Shown here piece after piece: positions 14,091 through 26,859 of a DNA stretch of 64,000 nt (within the stretch, counting starts at the first letter, position 1; each line of letters opens with the position of its first letter). Under the pieces are notes generated by a model. The model made no database searches and was not told the DNA's origin. It saw nothing but the letters and a program-made list of their open reading frames with translations. The DNA is from Callorhinchus milii (lineage: Eukaryota), in the NCBI RefSeq assembly GCF_018977255.1, contig NW_024704766.1:5580001-5644000 (forward strand), in the 5' to 3' direction. The position numbers were made by a program, and so were the translations under genes.

Positions 14091-14534
14091 TGCAACATTT
14101 CATTTCATTCCAAGTCCAAATTTATGGCTCATGTCAGTCATTTGTTTCATGGCTGTTTGTGGGACGCTGTTGTGTGCAATTGGAGAGCCGCGTTCGTCAA
14201 CAGATGCACAGTCACTACACTGCACGGTAAATCCCGTGAAGCGTTTCGGGCTTTCCTCACAATGTGAAAGATGTTATACCAAACGCAAGAATTATTATTT
14301 ATTATTATTATGCTCTTTCCGCAACCCCCCTCCCCCCCCCCCCGCCCAAAATAAAATCCACCAGACATCTTCCCGCTGTCCCCCACTTCCAATCTTCTCT
14401 CAGCCGCAGTACCTACCGGCAAGAACTGAGGATGTTTCATCAACCTGTGATCAAAGATGAAATAATAACTAAACATTCCGAACAAAATATAGATGACGGA
14501 AGCTCCCAGGTTAGTGACGATGAGGAGGCTGATT
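14091..14534. repeat. Segmental duplicate, copy 2 (matches 1-445)
   Basis: Identity ends at ...gaggaggctgatt, inside sc5d exon 2. Confidence 0.95.
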
Positions 14535-14790
14535 TATATTTTGTAGGCGAAACACAGCAGCCAATTGCGCACAGCCCCGGATTGAGTGACCAATTTATTA
14601 TTATTTTTTTTAAGGAATTTGTCCCCAAAAAGCGATCCGCCGATTGACTAACAACCGGGCTCCAACTTACTGCTTGGTAAATAGAGACGTTTGGAGTAAG
14701 GAACTTGCCCGACGTTTTGCCCGGCTGGGAATCAAACCCAGATGTCTCGCTTGCAAGGCCAGTGCTCTAATCACTGTGCTACAGGACTCC
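14535..14790 (-). mobile_element. 3'-truncated Deu-domain SINE at the sc5d/gkup junction
   Basis: The tRNA-like head (caggactcc at about 14790) and body are present, but the 3' tail is replaced by sc5d exon 2 sequence. Confidence 0.85.
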
Positions 14791-16100
14791 ATAATCTGGC
14801 TCATGTCGTGGATACTTAAGAGTATCAAACAATAGGCGTTATTGTTGAGTGTAATTTTACTATTTACAAACTTAACCTCAATGTTATAATAACTTGTGTT
14901 TTGTGTTTAAATAATAAGCCACCTGACAAATTTGGGGAAATAAGTTTCAAAACTATTTTGAAATGTTTTCAGAAGAACAGCATGCAGTTAAATACAGAAT
15001 GTTGACACAAACTTCTCTGTAGCCTTTTGAGTCTTGAATTTGTTTCCATGTTAAGCAAACGTTGTGCTGTGGGAATACAAATTAACCAAATGTACTTAAC
15101 TGTAATAAAAACTTCTTGCTTTCTGCAAAGAGTTAAGAAAGCTTTCATATCGTTTCCTCTCTAGTCCTGGAGATCCCAAACGACAAAACAAGGTTTGGAT
15201 TTGGTTCAAAAAGTCCTTTATTGTGAACCTCAGAACCCTTTTGCTGACAGTCAGCATCCTGCTTACTTAATTCCGGAAAGTCGTAGGTGCAGGTTGGCAA
15301 GAGCCAAAGCTTGGGGACCCTGGCGTGTAGGTTGGGGTAACTGCTGGAGTCTAACCAAGCTAAACCCAAATAGCTGCTGTTGATATCGCTATCTGGCAAG
15401 CTTTCCTGCTGCTTGTCTCGGTGGATCACCCTACCCGTTAGGGCTTTGGCTTGCATCTGAAGCCCTCTGAGATGCTACCCTGCGTGGATGGCACTATATA
15501 AGTGCAAGTTGTTTTTGTTGCTGCAGGTTTTTATAGAGCGGCTGCTTTTCCTGGCCTGTTATCCGCTCACACGAGGTTGTTTTTAATGACAAATGTTCTT
15601 CACCCAACCATAAAATGGGAGTATTTGATCAGAAACCTGGCAGCAAGCAGATAGATCCAAGCTTGCAGATCCCTTCAGGCTCAAACTTTCAGAAATGTGG
15701 GAGGCAGCTGGTGTTCCTGCAAAGCGGTTTGGCACTTCTCCACATCAATTACATTCAGACTGACAATGTATTATCGACCCCAGTTGTTTTTCTCTGCTGC
15801 CATAAAATGAATCCGCTCTAACACTGAAGTTTACAGAATGCTTTCTTCCCCCATTAAAATCAGTGCACCTCAAACTTTGCTTAAAAAAACAATGCATACT
15901 TTGAAATTTATATGTTTCAAATAGTGCAATCAGCTCAATGTTTTTTTTTGACCCTGTGTTATCGCTAAATCACTGATTCATGATTCAAGAAGGGGGCGGG
16001 AGAAAAATCCAAGATTGAGCTGGAGCCTTGTTCAGCGCCTTGGGACGTCTTTCCGACATGAAGGGCACTATACAAGTGTAATTTGTTGTTGTTATTACAG

Positions 16101-19100
16101 TGCCATTGTGTCAGCGACACTGAAATGCTTAATGAAATTCTACGATTTAACTGATGATGTGAGTATGTATGTCTGTTCTGCTGTCATTTTTCCTTTGGGC
16201 AAGGCTAGCTGTTATTTCCAGCACCTTGATCACTATGCTAAAACCCTCTATGAGCTTATATATTTTATATGTCAGGAATTTAGAGGGCGGATGTGGAGAA
16301 GTCCTTTCTCTGTGTGAAATTAGAGATGGGGGGGGGGGGTTCATTTTATTTATTCTGACTGACATTAGTTGTTAACCCAAAATAATGAAATATTTTAGAT
16401 GAAATATTCAAACAGAACTGGACTGATTCGTGATTCAAGCGGGTGGGGGGGGAGGAGAAAAGATCCAAGATTGAGCTAGAGCCAAGACAGAAATTGAGAA
16501 TGATTATGAGGCTTGAACTGTTTAAGGATACCTGTATTCTATTGAATATATATTTTACAGGAAATCCTGTGAAGTGTTTTGAGACATTCTCCTAACATGA
16601 AAGGCGTAATATAAAATCCAAGGATTATGTATTATTAAATGTTACACTGCTCAATATCCAAGGTTTCTCACAAACACTTACTCTCCCATGACGTACCATA
16701 TTTATGCATCAACATGCAGGTTATAGCCACCTTTTGAAGTTTTTGTTGTTCTGTTCCTCATATTATAAAGTATCTTTGACAGGTGGAATGCCCCAACGGG
16801 TATGGAGTGCTTCTGAGGCATACTGTTCTCATTTGTAATGTCACAAGAAACAAACTGAATCTGAGAATGATTGTGACTCAGAATGAAGTCTGACTCAAAT
16901 GGCCCCTAATTAGTTTTAAAGCAACAACAACAAATTACATTTGTATAGTGCCTTTCATTCCGGGAGGATGTCCCAAGACTCTGATATAAAACTGAGAGGG
17001 TGGAAAGTTCACGAATAGTTCAGAAATTAACTTATTTCAAAAAAATGTGGCTTAATGGAATAAGATCATGTTGATTGCTATTTGCAATCTATCAGACAAA
17101 TTGTTTCTTCCACAGGATCTGCAAAAGCCACTCAGGGCCAGCTTCATCCTGAATGTAGAGACTGAGGAGCTATTCATTACAGCAGGTCTCCAAGATCGAG
17201 TGGTTCAGGTACAATTATACTGGAAATTATAATATTGTTAAACACTTCACGTTCAGCTATTCAAGTGCATGTAGCAGTGTGGGGACATTCTTTCCCTCAT
17301 CATAATTTCCTTCATTTCAGTGGCCCAGACCCTCATATTGCCTTCACTCAGTCCTTTCTCCCCAAGTAGGCCATAAGCAAGCTTTCTTGCCAATAATTGC
17401 TTGGATGAAAATGCCATCACTGAGGTTCTAGCTAGACCTTTCTACTGGCCAACAAAACAGTTTGAATTCAAATACTAAGTGAATGTAAACGGCAATGGGT
17501 TTAAGACCCACTAATGAATGTGATCCATCATAGATATTTGTTTTCCTTATTTAGGTTTATGAGGGGCTTGTTTACATGGATTTCAGCAAGGAACTCATGG
17601 AGACTCGTGGTTATGGTAAGCAATTATTATTAAAGCTATATGAATTTGAAATTCAGTATTATTAGGTAACTAAGAAAACTTAATTACGTTTGTAAGAAAA
17701 GGCTTTGAAGAGATATACTGATTACACATTAGTCTGGGATCCATAGTTAGAAAGTTTACTGAATGAATGAATCTTTTATAAATCTTTGATTTTCCCTTTT
17801 TCCTGCCTGTAGGAAACTATCTAAACATGGATATCAGCTGTGCGCCACAGTTCTGGCTCGCTTATTTGGGAGACCCGAGTGATTCTGGGAAGATTCATAG
17901 CAATGTGCGACAGAGGTGGCTCAATGGTTAGCAACCACCTACACTGACATTTTAAAAATTTATATATATTTGACTGAACATACATACACATTCCATATCA
18001 TAAAATAATGAATCTTTCCAACAGTAAATGTACAGAGAATGTGATATTTCCGGCTTGTCCCTTTCCTCGTCCTTTCCCCAATAACCTCTGTGATATTGAG
18101 TACAGTACTAACCCAGATTATACCACTCTGGGCTACCTTGTTTGGTTCCTGCAAGCTGAGTACAGACTCTGAAATTTAGCTATTGATGTTATTCTGTTTG
18201 TTAATATTATACAAATTCACAACATGTGTTATTAATTCTTTTTACTTTCAAGGTGATTCTGATGTTGTGGCAGCAATGAAAGCTTTTGCAGAACTCACTG
18301 ATCTGGCTAAGTAAGTACTTTTGTGGCATAGAAGGGTTGCATTCATTTAGTAATTACACAGAAACATCTGAACACTATGATGTTGGGAGATTAATGGCAC
18401 AAAATAACAAGAATGACAGTGTAATTTGAGGATATGTACTTCTCAGCTTGTTTGATCTTTACCAGGAGTGATGTAGAGAGATTGCTTTTATCTTTGGAAA
18501 AGAAATGCTTGTTTTGTTACTTTGGTATTGAATATTTAACTTGGCATATTTCCTTTTCTGTCTTTCCTCTCCAGCAACTCCTCTGTAAGGAGATGCACAG
18601 TGTGCCATCTGATCTCCTCGAAGATAGAGAGTAGGTAATAGCCAGATGAGGAAGAAATACGAATTTAGGCAGGTGGTCTTTCACTTCCATATGCTCTAGA
18701 AATAGATGTAATTCATGCACTTAAGAAATAAGTCAATGGATTTGGGAAGTCTGGCTGTAAAGTAATGGGATAGCTGGTTTGCACCCTGTTATCAGTTAAT
18801 GCCACTGATAAAGATCTGAGCAATCTAAATACTCTCTCCAGTCCTTGATACTTTATAGGCATGGAGATTCCTTTAGACTGAGTGACCTGACAGAGTCATT
18901 TACCAAAGTCTACCATATTTTAAAAGAGAGAACAAATTGGTCCCTTATAATAATAATAATAATAATAATCCTTGCATTTGATATAGCGCTTTTCACGTCA
19001 GGAGGACGTCCCAAAGCGCTTCACAGAACACACTGTAAAGTGAATTGACTGTATATTTGTGGGCGAACGCGGCAGCCAATTGCGCACAGCAATGTCCCAC

Positions 19101-22100
19101 AAACAGTCGTAGATTGAAAATGACCAATATATTATTGTTTTTGGTTTTTGGAGGGATTATTATTAGGCTCTGTGTGGAGTAAGGAAACTTGCCCAAGGTT
19201 TCGCCCTCTGCCTGGAATTGAACTCATGTCTCTCACTTGCAAAGCGAGTGCTCTAACCACTGAGCTACAGGACTCCACGAATTCCTTATGTCAAATACTT
19301 TGAGAAACACGAGATAGAGGTAGCACCATCCACAAGTTATCCTGATGTGGGCCATCCTGATGGTGATGGCTTCTAATGTCAGTAAATGTACATGTGCTCC
19401 CAAACTCTTTGATATACAGTCAAGGAAATAAGAATCTTTTGTCCTGGTTTCTGTGTCATTCTCACAATCAAAATATTAGCTTGGGAAAAGACGTGCTTAG
19501 AAACTGCGTTGATTTGTTTTTAAAGTAGAGCAACATATTTGAATCAATTTTGGGTTCAACTATTTCTAGAGTGGATTTTTTCCGCAACCAACAACAAAAT
19601 TGTTTTTGTATAGCACCTTTCACATTGGGAGGACGTCCCAAGGCCCTGATGCAGACATAGTTTCGGAACCCGAGAAGTGGGGCAGGGGGGGAAGCAGGGA
19701 CATCGAAAGCACGGTCAAAGAGGATGGTCTTGAAATGGCTCTTGAAGGAGGCAAGGGAGGGGGTGAGGCAGAGGGACTGCGGGATGGAGACTGGGTCGCA
19801 GATGGACAGAATGTCATTTGTCACTTTGACCAGGGCTGTTTCTGTTCAGATTGCTGGGAGAGGAAGGAGAGAAGCTGGGAAGTAACAACTTGTTCCAGGA
19901 CTTTGGAGAGGAAAGGGAGGTTGGAGATGGGACGGTAGCTTGGGAGTAGAGATGGGCCCTGGGGGGGGTTAAGGATAGAAGTGACGATGGCGGTTTTTCA
20001 TGGGGTGGGAAAAGTACCAGTGGACAGGGAGAGGTTTTTTGATGTCCGTGAGTAGAGAGGCAAGGAGATGGAGCTGGGATGTAAAGGAGAGAGGTAAGGA
20101 TGGGGTCGAGGAAGCAGGTGGTCGGTTTCATGTGGGTTATAGTGGTGATGAGAGAGGATGGGAGACAGGTTCGAAGGTGTAGAGGGAGGGATGGGAGGTG
20201 GAGATGGGGAGGGGATAGCAATGGAAGGGCAGAGGCAGCTGAGCGGATTCTCTCAACTTTGGATTCGAAGAAGTCTAGCATCGCCTCTCAGTTGGCATTT
20301 GAGGTGAGGCGTGAGAGGATGGACGGAGAAGCTGGTTCGTGATGGAAAAGAGGAGCTTGGGGTGGTCCTTAGCCTCCAAGATTGTCTTGGAGTAGAATGA
20401 TGATTTAGCGGAGGTGAGGGCGGAGCGGTAGGATTTGATAAGATCCAGCCAGATCTGCCGTTAAGTTTGATTTAAGCCAGGTGAGCTCAGCAGCATGCAT
20501 GTGTGCTTTAAGGGAGCAGAGGTGACTGGTGTATCATGGTGACTTATGTGAATAGGAGATGGTTCAGGAAGAGAGGGGAGCAAGGGAATCAAGAAAGGAG
20601 GAGGGGGAGCTGTGGAGAAGAGTGACCGAGGAGGGAGGAAGTCCAGAGGAGAAGGAGTTCAGTTGAGTCTAAGGCAGCTGAGTAGGAGGGGGGGGAGAGA
20701 TTTTTTTTTAGGGGATGGAGGTGGATTGGGTGGCGGTGGGGAGCGCAATTGAGGAGTTAAGTGAGGTGAGGTGAAGTGATGAACTGAGATCACTTTGTCG
20801 ATGATGGTGAGGTCCCGAGTGATCACCAGGTCGAGTGGATGACCGCGGACGTATGTGGCGGAGTGGATGTGGAGGGAGAGGTTGAGGGAGGAGATAAGGG
20901 AGGAAAAGTCAACAGAGCAGGAGGGGGTGAAGTGAAGATTGAAGTCGCTTAGGATGAGGAGGTGTCGGAGCAGAGGGAGAGGGAAGATAGGAGGGTGAAG
21001 ATGTCGGGGATGAAGGTGGAGGAGTGCTTGGGGAGGGCAATAGATAAGATGGATTTTGAGGGAGGGCAATAGATAAGGATTTTGAAGGAAAGGTTGGAGG
21101 AGCTATAAAGGGTAAGGTGCTCAAAGGAGGGGAAGGTTCCAGAGCAGTAAGGGCCGAGCAGAGACCGGGAGATGAGAGCCACACTGCCACAATGGTGGTT
21201 ATGTCACGCGGTAGCCGAATGGTTTAGCCTCCGTCAGGGGGAGGGTGTTGCCTGGAGTTATCCAGGTTTCAGCGAGGGCGAGTGTCGATCTTTTCATTGA
21301 TGATGAGGTCTTGGACGGTGAGTATTTTGTTGGAGAGGAAGTGGACATTTTGTAGGCTGATGTGGAGCGGACAGTTGGTGATGGAATGTGGAGGGCGGGT
21401 GGGTGGGGGGGATGGGGAGGACTTACGGGAGGGGTGGGAATGTGGATCAAGGAGGAGAGTTTGGCCCCTGTGTTCAGGGACCGATGAGCCTTGCGTCGAG
21501 AATGGGGGAAGGACAGCCACTCTGGCTCGCTTTTTGCTGTTTGTGAAGCATTAATGGTTTCATTGTTTTCCCGAAATAAAAATGTAATTTTGGCTGGAAC
21601 GAAATGACTGAGTTTGTTTTGTTCCTGTTACTCATTTTCCCCACGAAGACGAGGATTAATTTGTTTCTTTTTTTAAAAAAGCGCTGAATTTTTGCATTAA
21701 AGAATAAATGGCACTACTTTCGACCTACTTTCCCTTCCTGTTCTAGATTATGAAAGCAACTCTAAACTCAGCCTCTCTAATAAGGAAAGCTAGCTTAGCT
21801 GGAGAAGAAATACCAAGAGTCAAAAACAGATGATCTTGAGAGGTCGGAAGAAAATAAGTTGACTGGAAAGCTACAGCAGATTAGATGGTTCAGTGCTTGT
21901 TACATAGGAACAAACAGGAATAGGTCATTCAGCCCCTCAAGCCTGTTCCGCCATTCTATTAGATCATTATTATATATTTATTATGACCAATCATAGATTA
22001 CCATCATCTTGTTAACAAACACATTGGATGAATTTCATCTCCATTTTGAGCAGCAGGGATCTCTTGCACATGCATCCATCAGATAGGGAATAAATGGGTA

Positions 22101-24399
22101 TTTCATTTTAAGTCTGAAAATGACTTATTCCTGGCCTTTGGATTGTCATAAGAGCAACATCCCCTTCAAAGGTTCTTCCAGGATAGCTGCTATGTGTTGT
22201 GAAAGGGTAGCACTGGATCTGTGACTAAATTCCATATATTGTAAATTCCATAAATAAATTATTTTGACTGGTTCTTTCCCTCTACACAGGACAGCCATGG
22301 AAACTAGGAACTTCCCTGAGCTTGCTGAGTTGATGAATAAAAATTTTGAGCTACGCAGGTAGGATGTTTAATATAACATGAACATCTCGTATTGAAACAG
22401 GTGGTTTGCGTAAGCCTTGTGCCAATGTTGAAATGTGAATGAATCCATGAAACAACATTCCTAATTTGAACTGTGATACTGGCACTGTGAAGGATCCTAA
22501 CATTGCGGTTTCATTAGACAGTGGGGCAATGCAGGAAGAGCTTTTATTGCAGTAGATAAAGAAGAACATGTGAATGATGAAAATCTGAAATTAAATACTT
22601 AATGAACATAGGGAAAATGCACAGCAAGTCAATCAGCATCTTAAAAAGACAAATAAGGTAATATCTTTAGTGGATTCTAAAGAATGGCTATGTCTCTTTC
22701 ATATGTTTTGTCTTTGGTGTCAAACTTGGACAGATTATGGAAACTGTATGTTCCTTCGGGATTGGGATAATTTTCAGTTGTCTGAACAGCAAACACAGTG
22801 AAACGACTACATTTGAGAGCATCTAAATCACTACAAATGCAACATATTCTATGGGAGGGAGGAAGGAAATTTTGTAGGTAAATGCCACTCAAATGCATAT
22901 ATAAGTACTCATTTATATTGTGCTACCTTGGCAGATGTCTTGTTGCATTTTACTTGCCCATTTTCTAAAGTGGGAATTGTCTGAGACACGAAGAAGAGTG
23001 GGAAACCAATAACAATATATATGATAAAAACTATTTTCTGTGTTTAAGGTCGATATACACAGATGCTTGTTTGGGCAATGGAAATCTGAGAATGGTGGAA
23101 CTTGGTAGAAAGGTATTGTTCAATTATAGGACACATAATATATGTATAATTTATTATATATATATGTATATATACCCATGGGTAATAACTACAAGCTAGT
23201 TTCCTTTTATCATCCCTCAAAGAAAAAAATAATAAAATTGATCACTTCAATCCACGACTGTTTGTGGGACACTGCTGCGCACAATTGGCTGCCGCGTTTG
23301 GGCCACAAACAGTCAATTCATTTTACATAATATTCTGTAAAGCGCTTTTGAGACATCTAGAAGATGTGATAAGGCGCTATATAAATGCAAGGATTATTAT
23401 CGTCAACAAGTTCTATTTAAACAAATCAAAAAGAACAGCTGAGTGGAAGTAATCAAGAATGACTGTCATTTTGAGAAGTTGCTTGAAAAATGAAATCATT
23501 GAAAAGAATTATGATTATAGATGATGGGATTGTCACAAACTTTCTGATATTAGAGATATCTGTATATTTACCGGTACATTTTTCAACGTAAGTAACAGAT
23601 GTTGCTCCTCTTCAAAATAGTGCTCTAGGATATGCCATAATATCCATCTAAATGGGCAGACGTGAATTTGGTTTAATATCTCAGAATTTTAAAATGACAA
23701 TTTACTTTTTATAGCTGAATGATTTCTGGCAATAACACTGTGATTTGTTAATTTTACATTTGCAGTATGGCTCAGCAGTAAAGCTGCCTGGCAGTGGAGG
23801 AGCAGTGATTGGTCTATGTCTGGATCCTGACAACTTGGTATGTTCAGTGTTCAAGTAGTTTCATGTGTTACTGAGCAGGACTGGTTCCTGGAGTTTGGGA
23901 GTAAAATAAATTAATTCAACTCACATTTTTTAACTATATGCAGAAACAAGCTTGCATCACAAGTTTAAGGGAACTGAACTGAATCAAACAGGGAACACAA
24001 ATGTGGTTCAATATTTTTTGCCATTAGAACTGTATTATTAATAATACTTGCATTTGGTATAGCGCCTTTTGAGGTCGTTGAGACATATCAAAGCGCTTCA
24101 CAGAATATGCTGCAAAGTGGATTGACTGTATTTTGTGGGCGAAACACAGCAGCCAGTTGCGCACAACAATAGCCAAACATTGGTTGAGTGACCAAGTTAG
24201 TATTATTGTTTTTGGAGGGATTATTATGCTGCATATAATACACTCACCAGCCATCTCAATGTTATCTTATTGGCATTGTGCAATTTCTAACTGACGCCCA
24301 TTCTCTTTCCAGGTTGATTTAAAGAAGACATTCCAGGAGTCAGGATTTGTTGTATGTGATGTTGTTCCATGCGACCCTTCAACTTCACTCAAGAAGTGA
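16101..24399 (+). CDS. gkup: Glucuronokinase (GHMP kinase), last nine exons: 16101-16158, 17116-17208, 17555-17615, 17813-17926, 18253-18310, 22290-22358, 23049-23112, 23766-23837, 24313-24399; 5' exons not found
   Basis: Spliced translation [62 protein letters not shown]...WLAYLGDPSDSGKIHSNVRQRWLNG...NFELRRSIYTDACLG...GSAVKLPGSGGAVIGLC...SLKK*. All introns are GT-AG with matching phases; AATAAA at 24687. Confidence 0.92.
18948..19277 (-). mobile_element. Full-length young SINE (short subfamily)
   Basis: Nearly identical to 26494-26820 and 38143-38465. Confidence 0.92.
19590..21520 (-). mobile_element. Degenerate L2-clade LINE with endonuclease/ORF2 remnants in a gkup intron
   Basis: Frameshifted fragments LALAETWIT, SDFNLH, GHPLDLVITR and MKPTTCFLDP; stem-loop 3' end and (TTG)n tail at about 19590. 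Confidence 0.88.
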
Positions 24400-26493
24400 A
24401 TGCAATCTTCTCAACGTGTTGGTAATAATGGTACTGACTGCAAACAGCACAATAGGCGAGAATTAGAAAGTTCAGAAAAAAGGCCAAGGAGTGAACATTT
24501 TTTAATTGCATATTGTTTAATTTAATATGCTGGAAATATTTTCTTATGAAAGATTATTCATATTGATACTGATACTGGTTTGAAAGCGGCTGATAACTAG
24601 CATGTCGCAGATTCCAAGTATATTTGAGATGAGGGAATCCCTGACACTAATTACCAATACAATCTGCAGTTCTCAACAGCTGACTCAATAAAACACGAAA
24701 GTGTTGATACACTGGTGTACCATAGAATGCTACCAGACTGGTACATTTTGGAAGTGGTCTAAGATAAATATTCGCTCAATTTCAAAAGACACAAACAACT
24801 AGGGTTGAGAACACTGAGGATACACAAGAGTGATTTACAAGTGGATATTGGATACCTATTGGATTTCTGGATGAAACTTTGAAATATCCTTTAGGTTCAG
24901 GAAATGCCAATTTATGGCATGTAACTCACTTGTCCATGTGATACAGAGCTTTAGACCTTTCACACCACAGAGAGTTTTCAATAACTTACCAAAAGTAGGG
25001 AAATATTGTGAGTTCACCATTCACCTCTTATAAATGTGTTTTATTGTAAGGTTTTCGTCTAAGCAAGAGTAATTATATTTTTTATTTGTAGAACCTATTT
25101 ATGTATCAATTTATCCGGTACAATAATACGAAGATACTGGAACAATGTAATTGTAATGTTTTTGATTGATCAGTGTTATTTTCTTTAATTGTTTCAGGAA
25201 AAGAAAAATAGCGCTGAAACCCTTCACTGTTTTGTGAAAAGTTTCATTTTGTCTTGCTTTCTAGGAAAAGGAAATATTCAATAATCATCTCATCACTAAC
25301 CAACTATCAGGTCTCTTTTGGTGGTACATCTCCCACCTCCACCCTCTCCTTGCCCTCCACCCTACTTGATTCCAACCCCCAGTTCAGGTGTAAACCCTTG
25401 ACTTGTCCAGCTCCATGGGACATACTCCCGATGTGAAAGGCGCTGTATAAATGCAATGTGTTGTTATTGATGCATCCAAAATAGAAATAGAAGCTGATGT
25501 TTTTAATATGTTTATCATCATATCTATTTTTATATGTTACAGTTCCAGAGAATGATATATTTATGGAGTTGTATAATGAAGTGAATCATTTGAGATTTTG
25601 AAATAGACTATAATTGTTTTATTATTGCATTTTTTTTCGACACGGGTATTTTGCGGTACATTTAGAAATTACGTACCATTTGCCAGAAACCTCCAGCACA
25701 CAGTGGTTCTTTGAGAAAAACCTAAAATACAAATGAAAACCTATATCTACGCGCGCCTATTTTAAAATAGCAAACACAAAATAAGGACTGGCATTTGAAT
25801 CAATGCATAAAATTCAATTTTACAGAATCGGCCACAGATGTGTGCAGCAGCTCTCTACAGGAAAATAGGAAATGTGATTTTTTTTTGCCGGTTATGTCGC
25901 ACGACATCCTTCCAGACGTTATTGAAAATAAAATATTAAGCAGACAAAAGACTTGGGAATGGGATCATCCTTTGCAATTTAACGTACATCTTACCGAATC
26001 TGGTCGTGGTTCCCCTCCCCATCCGCAGCCAACCTTGGCTCCCCATCCATCTCCGCAGCCCGGCTCGGGTGCCCAGACAGCACTCTTAAGCTCTTCGGGA
26101 CGTCTAACACCCCGTTCCCCCCCCGTCCCCCTCCTCGAACTGAAAGATCGCCGCTATGACAATGTGTAATAATAACCCTTGCATTCGATACGGCGCCTTA
26201 TCACATCGTTGAGACGTCTCAAAGCGGTTCACGGGATGTTACTGCGAAGTGGATTGAACTGTGGATTGACTTGTTTTGTGGGCAAAACGAACGTGTAAAA
26301 TTGTCCCAACGTTACCTGTAAAGGATGCCATTCCTGGTGGTTGGGGGGGAGGAGGGGAGGTGGGGGGGGCGGTTCCCATTTCACACGATGATGGAGGTAC
26401 CGCTGCCCGGTCAGGACGGCCAGAAGTCAAAATTAAGTTTGTTGACCGAATTGCTCCGAATCCACCAAATAGCCCAATAATAGGCCAATTTGG

Positions 26494-26820
26494 TGGAGTC
26501 CTGTAGCTCAGTGGTTAGAGCACTCGCTTTGCGAGTGAGAGACCTGAGTTCAATTCCAGGCAGAGGGCGAAACCTCGGGCAAGTTTCCTTACTCCACACA
26601 GAGCCTAATAATAATCCCTCCAAAACCAAAAACAATAATAAATTGGTCATTTTCAACCCACGACTGTTTGTGGGACATTGCTGTGCGCAATTGGCTGCCG
26701 TGTTCGCCCACAAATATACAGTCAATTCACTTTACAGTGTGTTCTGTGAAGCGCTTCGGGACGTCCTCCCGACGTGAAAAGCGCTATATCAAATGCAAGG
26801 ATTATTATTATTATTATTAA
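26494..26820 (+). mobile_element. Full-length young SINE just upstream of the tex12 promoter
   Basis: tRNA-like head, Deu-like body, L2-like tail and (TTA)n. Confidence 0.92.
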
Positions 26821-26859
26821 TTTAGGTTGAGTTCTTTTTTTGAAACCGTGTCGGAAAAG

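Larger units (their letters stand above)
10243..14534 (-). pseudogene. sc5d: sc5d copy B, 5'-truncated: partial exon 2 (14417-14534), exon 3 (13063-13195), exon 4 (12739-12839), exon 5 (10243-10704)
   Basis: Exon 3 NQVRREIHCAMHSMPWISIPTVALFFAEVRGYSKLYD; exon 4 GWFGVILSMVSFLFFTDMCIYWIHRFLHHKLIYK; exon 5 [10 protein letters not shown]...HHTDHH...ASKEE*. All three His boxes are intact and the phases are consistent. The start codon, exon 2 acceptor and promoter are missing. Confidence 0.85.

Noticed and set aside
15165-15580. Exon-like blocks at 15165-15192 and from 15528 as missing gkup exons
   Set aside because: No reading frame resembles glucuronokinase (no IPRQVGLAGSS).
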